The notes: generated from the sequence alone by a model not told the origin. 64,000 bases of DNA from Catajapyx aquilonaris (GCA_000934665.2 JYFJ02001690.1:1-64000), one strand, 5' to 3'. Shown: positions 38,070 to 55,817, counted from the stretch's first letter. Made by a program: numbers and translations.

Positions 38070-38610
38070 TAATAGGTGAGGGGACATGAAAAAGACAAAT
38101 TTTCAAAGCTGTAAACTAACTTAACTTAACCTACCCTATCCTACGTGACCTAGGTGAGAAAAATGAACTTTTCTAAAACTCTACATCTAGAAATAGTGGG
38201 GACTTGTCCCCACTACTGTAAAAGCAAACCCGCAATTTTCTTGTGGGGACCGTAAACGTCCCCGCAAGGGGGGAAAATGTCCCCAGTAAAAACAACTACT
38301 TCCTGTCACACAGCTTATTGAAGACAGGTTTGCACGCCATTAGCTGTGGGGACATGGCTAACACAACTTTTGAAACCTAGTTTGTCCTAACATACTATGC
38401 TAACCTAACCTAACCTAACATACCTAACCTACCCTACCCTACCCTAACTAACCTAGGCTGAGATAAATGGTTTTTAAAGAGACGCAATTGTGGGGACATG
38501 TCCCCACTATGTATGTACCCAACCGGTGAAATCAATTGTGGGGACGAGAAATGTCCCCACAGTTACAGTTAAAAGTCCCATTTCCGTCCCCAGAGCTAAT
38601 TGAAGACCCG
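38070..38610. repeat. Complex subterminal-type repeat array (GTGGGGAC/GTCCCCAC palindromes and (CCTAA)n), two diverged units; probable DNA transposon remnant
   Basis: Repeated GTGGGGACNTGTCCCCAC, AACCT/ACCCT runs, and a duplicated ATTGAAGAC ending at about 38325 and 38607. Confidence 0.6.
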
Positions 38611-39539
38611 TACATGTTGTCCAACCTGTGTGTCGATTTCAAAATCACAGAAAATTCTCCAATAACTTCTCGAATCTCAAAAGGCTATAAAAAGTAACTC
38701 GTTTTGACTCGCATTAAAAATGTGAACTTTGGGTTAAGCCCATTTGGTTATCCTTTTGTGTGTGGGACGAAGAGGAAGGGACAGGTTGGTCGAACAGTGC
38801 AGTTCTCCCCATCTTGAGTGATGTCATGTGTTTAGGATCGGATTGAAGCAGGCTGAGCGATGCACCTCCAGCGCTTGATGACGTTTCTAACGTGGCAAAA
38901 TGGGAGACTTGAGCTTCGCTAAAAGCATTTACCATCGTGTGCGAGCAGGGTGCGGGGGAGGAGGCTGTTGAACGAAGGAGGGGAGAAAGAGAAATGGGGG
39001 GAGAAAGGCGATAAATGGGGCCCATTGGGTGGTCGGGACCCCCGTTTTGAGCAGAGATTTTCGATCGGGCAAACGAGGTATGAAAAGAAGGTGGGGGGAG
39101 GAGGGGGGGAGGGCAATCCTCCCCTCCCATCCAAAAACTCGCCTCCACTAAGGGGAGCCAATGGGAAAGGGCGACGGGTGACTGATGGGGCGGTGCCCAC
39201 CTGGGAAAAGCAGCAAATGGGGCCTTTTCCAACCGGGGAGGGGTATAGACCTGGGAGGTGTGAGGACCAGGTGGGGGTGCTAGTTTGCACCTTCATGAAC
39301 TAGAAAAGTGGCTTTCACCCTGCAATTTAGCACATTAATCCCTAACCCTGGGGTTGCTACGCCATTTTACCTCCGGGTAAAAATGGGGGTAATTGCGAAC
39401 AACTCCAGCAGTCTCTGCCTCATTCCCCCCCCCTCCCTTCCCATTCTCCCCCTTTCAACTGCTCTCCCCGCACTCAGCATTCCCACGTTTCTCACCTGCC
39501 AGGTGCGAATCGCTCCCAAAGAGGATCCTAATGGACCAT

Positions 39540-39690
39540 CTCGAGGCTGTAGCCGCTCGCAGGCCGCCCGCCACGTGACGTCACACCTCGCTGCCAATGG
39601 TAGCTGCTCTCCGGACTATTCATGTGACGTCACAGCGACCTTACGCTGCCCCCCGCCCGCTGCTAATGGCATCTGTCAACAATAGGATGG
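39540..39690. promoter_or_regulatory. Candidate proximal enhancer or promoter of the homeobox gene
   Basis: CpG-rich cluster with CACGTGACGTCAC (overlapping E-box and CRE), a second TGACGTCA near 39625 and a CCAAT box, about 550-650 bp upstream of the ATG. Confidence 0.45.
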
Positions 39691-40209
39691 GCCCTGGGAA
39701 GGAAGGGGTGCGTGGGAGGGAAGGGCGGAACCAGCAGAGAAGGATTTAGACTCTTATATGCATTTCTAGTAGAAAATAAACGTATAATATGGCGGAAAAT
39801 ATCGTGCTACCCACATATTGCATGCAATGGGAATCGATAACACAGGCTTGTTTTCCAGTGCTTTGTCCTGTGTTTCATGGGCAGTATGGCATGATAATGG
39901 ACACTATGGGTCTGGTACAGAATCCCTAAACACACCTCCATGCTGCTTTGTGTTCTAGGATGGGCCACTCCTCTCCACCCCCCACATCACCCCCTCTCCT
40001 GCACCTCGCCCTCCTCTTCCCAAAATTGACAAGAAGGAGGTGAGAATGGGCGAGGGGGAGTTCAGGTAGCGTTCCCCCCTCCACCCCCACCATTCCCTCC
40101 CAATCCTCCCGGGAATCTCTCTTCATTGTTGTAGGCGGTAGCTGGCAGGAAGGATTGTTCGCCACATCTCTGCATTTAACCAGAGACATTTAGAGTTCTT
40201 GTACTAAAC

Positions 40210-45038
<4,829 letters not shown>

Positions 45039-46089
45039 GCCTATTATAGTCAATAAAAAAATTTGAAAAATCCGAATGAAAGGCACAGTTGTTGCGGGAT
45101 GATGGTTGCTGGGAGGTTGACAACACTCACTCCTTCGCCACTCGTGCCTTCGAGTCTCCAATGGCCCCAAAATGTGAGTCGGTAAAGTGATTGCTCCAGT
45201 CGTCTTGGGAGATAATTTGTCAGTGGCCAGCATCAGATGTTACGTAGAGGTGACTTCTCAGTTCGAGAAAAGAAAATTGCGGCCAGGCAAAATAGGCATA
45301 TTGTATTAGACATAAGCTCACGAATGCTTATATACTGTAGATATCGCAACTGCGACTGGTGACATCAGGCATGACAAAGCTGTTGTTTTGTTTGTTTCTA
45401 ACCCGATAAGCAGACAGTCACTTCTCTTCGAGAATTAATTCAAACCCTACGATGTAATAAAATGAGGCATCGAATTGATGGGTTCGAATTGTAGAGGCTG
45501 CTGATGTTTCTGGAAAATACTAGTAATTATATGTTGTAGGTTATGCAGTAGAACTACATGTAAGTTTATATAACTTAGGAATGATGTTAATTGGTTACAA
45601 GCATTGAAGTTGTGTGCCTTCACGTAAAATGCCACGTCATCCTATGAGAATGATGACGTTCTAAATCAACGTTCTGTCATACGAGCGTATAATAATATAT
45701 TGCAGGAAGGCGTTCACAAAATAGGAAAACCCTTCATATTATGAGATATCGGTGTATGGCAACAAACATCTGTGAAATAAAAACTTATCGCAGCCTTGAA
45801 GAGGTTTCGTTGTCATTAGTATGCACGTTTATTCATGTCAGCGGTAAATCTCGCAGGTATATGGGCCATTATTATTTGTAACTATAATAATGTCGTACCG
45901 GTAATGAGATAAGAGAAAGCGGCCTTTTACAGAACTGATGCTGCTGGTGTGGAAATGTACATGAAAAATAACTTGCGATAGGCATGCATTTAATACTGTC
46001 ATATTGCAAAAATTATTATTGCCATCTCCTTGTTCTCAAGGAGTGCCATTAGATTTTTGGCGACAATAAGTGTATAGTAGCAACACAAC

Positions 46090-46421
46090 GGGGAGGTGCG
46101 GTGGCCGAGATGGTAACGTCTCGGCTTGCTGAGTGAAAGGTCCCAGGTTCGATCCCCGCCTGGGAGTTCCCTTTCACCTGCGTCGGGAGGGTCTCTGACC
46201 TGCACCTTGGAGGTGTCTGGCAACCTAACCTCCTGGGGAACAGCACATGACCCCATATCAGACATTGCACTTGCACCCCATGTTCCCTCCCCAAAAATCC
46301 CGATCCTTACCCAGTGTCCTTGTTTCCCTGCACCGGAGTGAAGATAAATAAGAAAATTGATAGAAAAATGGTGGTGTACCCCCCNAGGGTCATCACGGGG
46401 TACAACAACAACAACAACAAC
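46090..46421 (+). mobile_element. tRNA-derived SINE, family C, with (CAA)n tail
   Basis: Head GGGGAGGTGCGGTGGCCGAGATGGTAACG...GGTTCGATCCC. Tail CATCACGGGGTA(CAA)n. Confidence 0.9.
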
Positions 46422-47452
46422 ATGTCTTTCTACTGTAAATCTTTCTTTAAGAAATGAATTTTTCTTACTCTCAAAACTTATTCATGATGGCTAATAAACA
46501 GCTACGCGGCATGTCCAGTGATTCTCCAAGTTCGTTATTCGTAGTATGATTATACAATTCATACCATTACGGCATTACCGAATGATGAATGCAAGATCAG
46601 TAAGTTGTAGTTTAAATATTCAATTTCATGGGAAAACGTTTAACTTCCTTACTTTTTCACTCGCGTTTTCACCACCATCAATAAAAATTTATTCGACCTT
46701 CCCCTTGCACAAAATTGAGTATACAGTAGTTAAACATGTGCTACCAAAAGTAACGAACACGTGAAGTTTGACCTACATTGCAGAGATTTAAACTAACTGA
46801 AGCGCAATTTAAATGAAAACGTTATTTATAATAGTATACGTTAATCTAATAGTTTGAACATTCCTCGAACGAAATACAGGGTCATCGAAAATAGTGCTCG
46901 AAATTTAAAACACTATAACTCGAAAACTTGCAGACATAACATCTTAATGATTTAAGTTTTGAAATACTAAGAAGTGTCTAAACTCTAACGTTTTGGTCTT
47001 ACCATAGTTTGTTTCTATAATTATGAGCTCCATTTGTTGCTTGGCAAAAATGTAAATCCGGCAATCGGTGTATAAACTACCAAACAGACAGGATGCAGCA
47101 GTCGGACTGCACACTTCAGAATTCGGACTGCACAAAGTGTGCGGAATACACGGTTAAATTAGGCCCTGTAAATTCTAACCACAGGTTAAGTTCACCTGAG
47201 ATATGACATACAACGCATGTGTATCGAGTATTTTGAAAACCTTTGATTTTGAAACCTCTTATTGTTTCCCAGTTTAACTCGCATCCATATATAAATGGCC
47301 CTAAGTTTCAACAAAATAACCATATCTAAAAGACAAGTATATTTTGTAAGGACAGGGTGATCGAAAAAGAATGCTCGGATTTTGAAACCCAAGAACTCGA
47401 AATCTTGTTGACATATCTACATGATGTAAGTTTTGAAATGTGGTAATATTGT

Positions 47453-47610
47453 GAAAAATCCCCAACCCTTACCCCATTTCCTAGTAATCCTTGCACCGGA
47501 GTTCGAAGAAAAGTAGAAAACTGAAAACCGAATGGTGGTAGGCTACCCCCCGAAAGGCCCATAGAGGGGCATCAAGGGGTACGGAAAATTAAAAATAAAA
47601 AAATAACAAA
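47453..47610 (+). mobile_element. 3' fragment of a family C SINE
   Basis: AAAAATCCC..CCTTACC..TGCACCGGAGT..AATGGTGGT..CCCCC..CATCAAGGGGTA followed by an A-rich tail. Confidence 0.75.
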
Positions 47611-47790
47611 TTGTGAAAGAGCGCACGTGAGATGGCCAATTAGCGTAATTGGCGGATGTGTTGAATATAATTTACGGAGATGGGACGTGCATTAGGGCAT
47701 TTCCATGGGATTGCGAACTTGGAAAAAGAGAAATTGTTGTCGTTGTTAATTGTTATTGATGTTGATATACAATATTGTTGAGGCCCGAGT

Positions 47791-47985
47791 AGTGAGAAGA
47801 TTCGGGAATATGCGTGTTGTGGGAATTAAGTTCATTTTCGGAAGCTGAAACATGCGGCGTTAAATTCCTTGAAAAATGTAACCACCGATATGCTCATTTA
47901 AGGCGGTGTAGGGGCCTTCCCCTGGATTTCTATAAGGGACAAACAAACTCACAAACAAACGAACTAAATTATAGATATATAAGAA
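47791..47985 (+). repeat. Dispersed repeat, inverted copy of 21930-22097
   Basis: Direct sequence similarity to 21930-22097. It ends in ACAAACAAAC repeats and TATAGATATATA. Confidence 0.6.
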
Positions 47986-48099
47986 GATGGAATATTTGGA
48001 GTAATTTAATTTAGGCAGTGGGAAGGGTTCTTTATTGAACAACATAGGCTACGTAAAAGTTGTGTTTTGATGTACCTGTCTAACTTGAACACCCTGTCA

Positions 48100-48125
48100 T
48101 TATGATGATGATGATGATGATTATG

Positions 48126-48209
<84 letters not shown>

Positions 48210-48210
48210 T
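48100..48210. repeat. (ATG)n/(ATT)n microsatellite
   Basis: Long uninterrupted ATT run adjoining the tail of the SINE at 48210. Confidence 0.95.
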
Positions 48211-48552
48211 TAAATAACAATAATTGGGTTAGTGCACCGCCCGTTGGTGGGCATCTGGCACGGTACCTTTATTTGCTTTACAGCTACATATTTGGTCCTT
48301 TTCCGTAACGCCCGGGTACCGCGAGCGATAGGGGATGACAGGAGGGGATGTGCCAGTGCAGTGCAATGCTGTACGAGGTCATTTTGTGAACTCCCCCGGG
48401 TGGATTTGTCTGTAGGATATTCCACCCAGAAACGAAGCCAGAGACGACCCACACTCTGCACGAGATGAAGGGGGTGTCCCCGGGCGGGATTTGATCCCGT
48501 GACCTTAACATCCGTGGGCGCACACGTTACCGCGGCGCCACTCCGTATCCCC
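48210..48552 (-). mobile_element. tRNA-derived SINE, family B
   Basis: Body ACTCTGCACGAGATGAAGGGGGTGTCCCCGGG is shared with 8760, 36455 and 43436. The element is embedded in ATT repeats. Confidence 0.88.
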
Positions 48553-48555
48553 ATT

Positions 48556-48588
<33 letters not shown>

Positions 48589-49156
48589 TTTTTTTAAAAA
48601 AAAAATGTTTCATTTCCAGCTGATGATTGACGACTACGGTTTGTCCTGTGTATTAGTAGATTCAGCGGAATGTAGTCACCTGCGGCAATTCTCGAGTGAC
48701 AATGTTGCATTTTCTATTGAACAGCCTTATTACTGCTATAGCCTATGTACGAGTATAAGACAAGCAGTCATTTGCGTAGTTTCTGGTAGCTTACAACAAC
48801 AACAACAACATCAACAACCCAAACACATCACTAATTGTTGAGGTCACAATTCTTGGGCATGTGACTGAGCAAGTGAATGAAATGCTATATATATTTTTTT
48901 ACATTTTAGAGGGAAACTAATGCCATAGACGTATTCTCCTGGTGTTTCTCTTTCTTTTGATATATTATGTCCATTGGGTTTTGACTTGGGTTTTGACCAA
49001 AATGGAATCTCCAAAAAAGGGCCTCATTTTCAGGCATTTCCAGATTTTTGCGATTTTTTCCCCTCATCATGGTATTGCGCAATGTGACTGAAACTTTATC
49101 AGCAGCATTAAGGAATAGATGAGTACATATGAAATGATTTGCACCAAGATTCGATT

Positions 49157-49460
49157 TGGTTGGTTGGTTGGTTGGTAGGAAGGGTTACCCAGCTTGTATG
49201 GCTCTGTCTGAGTCGAGCCTTGGCAGCCGGGGGTAGGAGAGGAAGGTGTGGGATTGCAAGGTAGGGGTGGGTGAGAAGGGCGGGGGAGAGGAGGGCTGGC
49301 CCCGGCTGTACTGCAATGCCAGGTTCAACCCAGGGACGGGGGTAGGATATTCTCCCAAGCACCCCGTCCGACCAAGAAATGCGAGTCAGGTCCGAGGACC
49401 GCTCGAGGAAGAGAGTACGTCGCTGGCGAACCAGCCGGGACCTCATACAACCTCATGATT
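49157..49460 (-). mobile_element. GC-rich structured element with (CCAA)n tail; probable retroposon of an unassigned family
   Basis: Abrupt GC-rich block in AT-rich DNA, with several hairpins (GCTGG-TTCG-CCAGC, GGTCC-TC-GGACC), ending in (CCAA)n on the minus strand. No tRNA boxes or TSD were seen. Confidence 0.45.
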
Positions 49461-49676
49461 AATGAGTGTAATAACGAATAACAACATTTAGGCTCACTTG
49501 ATTTGGAAAGACCCCTAGTAAACCGTTCAAAGTTTTAAAACTACGAAAACTTTAACTTTAAAACTACGAAAACTCGTATATATCTCAAAAACTGCCTGAC
49601 AGCACAATTATTCTAATTACATATTTGGAATCGTCGGCGAAGGCACATCTTGAAACACATAATTATCATAACCCAA

Positions 49677-49940
49677 GAGCGACACGTTGGCGGAGTGGTT
49701 AGCGCCACAGCCTTCCACCTCTAAGGTCCCGAGTTCGATCCCCGGGTCGGACGGAGGATACTTACGTGGATAGAGTTTCGATGTGTTCTCTCCGTGTTCG
49801 CGTGGGTTTTCTCGGGGTTCTCCCGTTTCCTCCCGCAATCAAAATCCATCACAGCGCAGGCAGTGATTAAAGTCGGTATTTAAAATATGATCCCCTAAGA
49901 GGCCCAAGGAGGCCTATCACGGGTTATCCATTATTATTAA
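49677..49940 (+). mobile_element. tRNA-derived SINE, family D
   Basis: Homologous to 13398, 17144 and 21190. Tail GGCCTATCACGGGTTATCCATTATT. Confidence 0.9.
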
Positions 49941-50458
49941 ACACACTAGCAGGATACCCGGCGAAATACTTTTCCATGTAGGTGTAAGTCATTGATTTGG
50001 TAGTAACCTTTGAAATAATTATGGCTATACAATGTTGGCATACCTGTAACATGGAGCATATTGCATGTGCATGAAGTCCAAACACCAAACTGCTGATGGC
50101 AGATTGTAAGAGAGTACACACTAATACACTATTTAACTATACATAATTATGTTTCAATCCACAGTGAACCAGAGTATAATGTTATTGAGGATGACAAATA
50201 AGTCAAAAGAAATATATTCGCACGCCCCTGGGAGTCAGTATATCGTATATGGAGTTGTATGGACGGTACCGGTATCTGAAATTATTGTATACGAGTATCT
50301 TATCTACTATCTAGCTACAATGTCGAACGATCTAGTACAATATCTATAGATTGAAATATTTCCAAGTATCTAGTATCTTATCTAGATACTTTTTGAAAGT
50401 ATCTTCCCCATCACTGCACTGGTGGTAACCACGGTATTACTATGGTTAAGAAGATTTA

Positions 50459-50585
50459 GGGCCGGTTTCACCGAGCTTGGTATATGATAAAACCAGGTTT
50501 CTTTAGGAAAATCCCATACAAATAGATAGGGATTTTGAGAAAGAACCCTGGTTTTATCATATACTGAGCTCGGTGAAACCGGCCC
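50459..50585. mobile_element. 127-bp palindromic PIF/Harbinger-like MITE
   Basis: TTA TSD on both sides; reverse complement of 2219-2345. Confidence 0.88.
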
Positions 50586-53500
50586 TTAGGCGTGCGTGTG
50601 ACGCGTCAGAAACCCTCGTTTTCTGATGGAACAATGTGTCTGACTTCTGAGGCACCAAGTGTATTGGCAAAAAATGTTTCTTGCATGACTATACTTTTAA
50701 TTGTTGTTGCCTCGGAAACACTTTGGTACGGTATGAATTTATTTTCTTTCTCACAGGTCCTTGGTAATGGATCAGAGTAACTGCAGGCAATCATGTGTAG
50801 ATGCGCACCGGAATTATTCCCAGGCGATCATAAATGACAAATGGCCAAGTTTGTTTGCATGTTTGTCTGTCCATGTTTAGCAACCATGTTAAACTGATTA
50901 TTATCAGTTTAGCAACGTTTTGGCAACCGGTTCACTAGTATATCCAATATTTCAAGTACCGGTACTCATATAGTACGTAGGTTATAGGTTATTAATAAAA
51001 GCAGGAATTTTGATTTGTCAAATTTTTTCCTGAGGCATGTTAATTTTTGACTTTTATTATACGGAGCCTACCAAGTATAAGCTACCAGTGGGATCCACCC
51101 CTTTGAATATACAATGTTAAAAAATTTGCAGGCGATTTTGACATGTAGGCCTACAGATTCTAGAAGTATAGCGTTGCACAAAATTCCAGTAGCCCATTAA
51201 GTTGACGATCTCCCTGGACTACCTCTGTAGTCCACCTCGTACCCTGCAGAGACGACCTGATCCGACAGGCGCAGCTTCAACGTGGGCTACCAATTCTCCG
51301 AATTTCAAGAAAATCGGTGAGTTTTTGGCATTTACGAGTTGACTTCTGCCCCACAAAAAGGGGTCACCGGGTCATTTTGAGCAGGTCACTTTAGGTGCGT
51401 TTTTCATCCCTTGGTGTGGGCTACCAGTGCACCAAATTTCATGGAAATCCGCGATTGGCACTTGGAAAGTGTCCCTTGTGAGTTCGAGAGGTCATAACTT
51501 TTGACCTTGTAGGGATTTGCCGAAACGGTTTGCATTTTGCTTAATAACTTACCTGCCTATATTATTGTGCCAAGTTTCATTCAGCAACTCCATTTACAAC
51601 ACTTACAGTTCCCTTGTAAGATACAAACAGCAAAAACGAAAGCTTTCAACGCTGTGTATTAAAGGGACTGAACCAAACACAGAACTACAGCCAAAATCCC
51701 CAAAAGATGCTGTCAAATCATAATTCAGATTTTTTTAAAAAGGAAGTCCCAAACAACCAAATATTATTTCTCCATGATCTCATTATTATAATACGGTAAC
51801 AGCCTGATAATACTCACTGAAATATTACGAGGAGGCCTACCTGTAGTCTGATGGTAATTTTACCATAAGAACAAATTGACTTTAGATCCTTTGAAACACA
51901 TATTTACACTAAGTTCCTTATCCAATAATAATTGAGAGCTTAATATATTGATTTATCTTAGGCATTTAATTCAGTCCATCATCAACTACTAATTCATAAA
52001 TTTCTCAACAATTGGTCTTTCTGTGAAGCTATAAAATACTAGGGCCGTTCCAAAATGCTTTACAATTATTTTCTTTGCTACAAAATAATACAGGGCCCAT
52101 GAAGGTAGGCAAATGGGCACACATTAGTCCACTCTAATTAAAACAATGCTTCGACGTCTAAAACCATCATTTTTACTTCTTTGACTCAAAAAATATTTCC
52201 CATAATCAGTTACACAAGTGAGATTTGGGGCCATAAACATATCAAAATAAACTAGCGCTCAGCGATAGGTTATCAAAAAGGTCCTTATTGCAGGCCCCCC
52301 TGCTTAAATTCCTTTTTGGACTGGAAATAGCGGATCGCATATTATATATCGATTAGTGAAACATTAAGACGTATAAAAGGTTAATTCAAATAATAGGCGT
52401 GCATGTAGATCTAGTCCCAAAAGTAGTTTGGAATCAAGAAGTTATTATTGGAATTATCACTCAGAATAAAGAGTACCTAAGTTAAATGTAACAGAAGCAA
52501 TCAAGTTGTAATTTTATAAAGGAACAAGGATTGTCGTTTAATAACTTACGGCAGATAATAATATTATTGTCTCTGGAGACACACGAGGGTAATAAAACAT
52601 GTAATGGAATCCAGAATCGACCAATCGACATATTTTATTTTTATTATAAAAATTCTCATTTTTCTCCCATGCCGGCACCATTTATCTGCTGGCAAAATTA
52701 CTCAAACGGAAATGAAGGTGATTAGGTTTATTGGCGATACAATCTGATATTTAAAAAAAGAAACCTTGTGCAATCTGTAACACTTTCCAATATATTTCTT
52801 CCTGTAGCCCACTGTAGCCCAGCATCATTATATGTTCAAAAATTGGGGATTCCCAATATTTTGACACATGCGGATCTCATTTGATTATTATTACTCCTTT
52901 AAAATTCAAGCTTCCCCTTTTTATTTGCACTATTATGGACCTTCACCTTCCCAATATATTCTTGCTCGGTGACAAATGTGCGTCGCAAAAAATTTTTTTC
53001 TCATTTTTAAGCATTCTTTTGCTCACCAAATATTCCTGAAACCCGGAGAAAATTTGATGTACTGTAGCTTAGCAAGGGAACAACAGGTCAGCAGCCGAAA
53101 CAAGGACACATGCAAACGACGCATTTTACCAGGGACACAGTCTGAAATGCGCAGGGTTTTATTGCTTGAGTAAAGAGGATTGTTTCCTACGCAGTGACTA
53201 CATTCACACCGAGTCCACTTTGTTGTCAGGCCTGGCAGCCGTGTTGATCCTTTACGAGATATACGATGCGGTATCAATCGGCAGCAAGTATAAGGTCCGA
53301 CTTAAGTCCCATGTTTTGTTTTTTTTTACTTTGTCTCTGTCCCAAGGCGTGAGATACGGAAATAGAATAATAAAATAGCGCAGTAGGGAAATCCTTGGTA
53401 TATTCTGCCACGCAGTTATCCAGCTTTATTTTCAGACACTAAGAAAAGAGAAGCTCGGCCTGGTCTTGATCGATCCAACTTGCCTGATTGCCTGTGGGAG

Positions 53501-55344
53501 CAGGACATCTACCCACTGCACACTGTACCAAACCTAAGTGAGAAGAAACAAATATTATGCTAGTAGTTGTTCCTCATTTGATAATAATTACTGCATAGGA
53601 ATGTGAGGTAGGCTACCATGCCTTATTTTGGGTAAAGCTTTTTGGAGACCAATGCTCGGAGTGAAATGTCTATAGTCGCTTCTGGACATACGTTCCAGTT
53701 TAACCCTCAATTCAGTCTCCGAATTGCCATGTAAATTGACTTTGTCGCTTCCATTTCCCTTCGCCACCTCACACCCTAGCTTCTTAGCACTCCCAGCGGT
53801 GCAGAATTTCTAGTCAGGGTGCCCAAGTTGATCCAAGGGCGACCAAAGGTTTCTTAGACAAGTTTATAACAGCGCACTTAGTATATTCGGTAGCTGTTTA
53901 GCATTAGCATGCTATTATGCTCATTCAAATTTCCAACTTTATTGCCCATATTAGCGCGATTTGGTCAGCCGAGAATACGACCAGAAAAATTGTTGAGTTT
54001 GCTGAGCTTGGAAACGCTTAGCACTTTTGCCCTGTTCAAACAATACCTTGACCTACTCGAAGTGAAACCCGATGCCGTGCCTGAAAGTATTAGGGCAACC
54101 GTGCCGTGGGATCTTTTCGGACCCCATCCATATTTTTATTTTAATTAATTATTATATAATACTTTTCAATGTATTTTGACTATATACAATCATTCTTTGA
54201 ACAATGCCTAAAATGATCGCTAATTCAAAATAAACCTCCACTTCCTGTTATATACTGTAAAAAAATGGCAAAAGTTCACTGTAATTATCATTTTAATGCA
54301 TTTTAATTCCTTGGGGTCCAAAAAGTTCCAGGGTTAATACCTGAGCTCTATTGAGGTCCCAATACTGCCCCTGTTTTCCAAGCGAAGATAAGGCACACAA
54401 TCATCTACTTGTAGGTATACAATATTAAAATGCAATTAGGCTATGCCTTTAGCATAAACATTCATAAACACACTTCCCGATACCGTACTTGAGTTTTTTT
54501 TTTTAAATTCGGGCCATGCCATGTTGTAAACTAGACAAGCGAGTCTAATACATGGTAGATAAATAATATTAACAGCAACACATCGCTCGTGACTGAATTG
54601 CTAGAATCTCCAAATGGCACAGAGCGCATGTGAGCACCTGTTGGACGAACCCCACTGTGTCGTCACCATGGCATCAACATGAGCAGACGTATCTAGCGCC
54701 TGTAGCGCCGGATCCTCCTCATTCGTCCTCCTAGTCCTCTCCAGGTGAGTCATCCTGGAACGAACATCCCTACTCTCCCCCAATTCTTCCACATCAACAG
54801 CAATTTCTACTTGCGATTTTTTGAGACGAGGAAAAAGAAGCAAGCCGCAGACGCTGTTCCCTCAGGGATAGCTTTTTGCCATTCTCCTAATTGCCTCAAC
54901 TTCACATTCATTTCTGTGGCGCTATGCTAGTCTGTCGTATTCACCCATTTTTTACCTTCTTCCTATGTCCGCTTCCTCGGGGGAAAAGTGAACTAATGAT
55001 TCTGTCCGGAGTTTCCTTTCCTCTCATTTCCCATCACTGACTTATTAGCTTGAGACTTTTTTATCCTCGCAATTGCTACGAGTTCAGAGTGAGCAAGTTG
55101 TGTTAAGTGGAGCGGACTTTTGAAGTGATTGTTGCGGGAGAGAAGTCAGATAGGTAGGCAGGCAGGCGATTGGGATTTCGTGTCGGCAAACAGCCTGGAA
55201 GGATGGAGGCTTTGTGAAGCCGGGAAGAAAGAAAACTGATTGATTGCACCGTTGCCGTCTTGACTTGTCAAGTCCTGACTACCTCTCCTGCACCATCCAC
55301 ATTCACTGATCAGGTGGAAGTCCAGCACAGTTGGTGTGGGCAAG

Positions 55345-55817
55345 ATGGCTCGTGGTATGGATGTCTATGTGGGCAAAGTGAGGGCCTGGAGGATGAATCT
55401 CCAGGAGTGCTACCAGCAGTGGAAGGATAAACCCTGTCAGAGGGCTAGGGAGCGGCAGAATGAAGATTGGGCTCATCTTATCAGGTAAATAGGGTTCTTT
55501 TATTTGGTGCAAATTGAGAACAAAAAAGTGTGTAATGGCGTCTAAACATTTCAGACGTAAGACTCTGATTGAGCTGGTGAGGGCTTCGGCTGCTGTAGCT
55601 GGTATTGAGTTCTCCTATGCTGCGGAGACGGCGTTTGTGTCACCAACTCTACTCAAAATTGGCCTGCCACATCGCAAGATGACATTGCTGTGGTGCCTGA
55701 GTCCTCTGATTGGGCTCTTTTTGACGCCTATTCTGGGGTCTCTCAGTGATGGTTGCCGTTCCAAGTGGGGACGCCGACGGCCCTTCTTGTTGCTGCTGGC
55801 AGTAGGAGTCACATTGG
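55345..55817 (+). CDS. SLC45: SLC45-family proton-associated sugar transporter (lovit/Slc45-2-like), first two coding exons; no further coding exon recognised in the window
   Basis: Exons 55345-55484 and 55555-55817 (70-nt intron, phase 2), with donor G|GTGAGT at 55818. Protein: MARGMDVYVGKVRAWR...DWAHLIRRKTLIELVRASAAVAGIEFSYAAETAFVSPTLLKIG...LSPLIGLFLTPILGSLSDGCRSKWGRRRPF, carrying the SLC45/SUT signature SD.C.S.WGRRRPF. Confidence 0.92.

Noticed and set aside
38390..38460. (CCTAA)n as an interstitial TTAGG telomere
   Set aside because: Short, degenerate and embedded in a transposon-like repeat array.
38714..39685. Several overlapping 117-172 aa ORFs
   Set aside because: GC-rich low-complexity upstream region with no domain, splice support or coherent composition.
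48102..48308. Poly-Ile ORF (and poly-Leu ORF at 62548-62796)
   Set aside because: These are translations of (ATT)n and (GTT)n microsatellites.
50840..51590. Helitron-like signals (hairpin then CTAGT near 50940; repeated GGGCTACCA and CCAAATTTCAT motifs)
   Set aside because: Suggestive of non-autonomous rolling-circle remnants, but boundaries and a second copy could not be established.
54601..54843. 80-aa minus-strand ORF as a further exon of the phosphatase
   Set aside because: The phosphatase already terminates at 55963 with the expected DVR motif, and this ORF has no ATG or homology I recognise.
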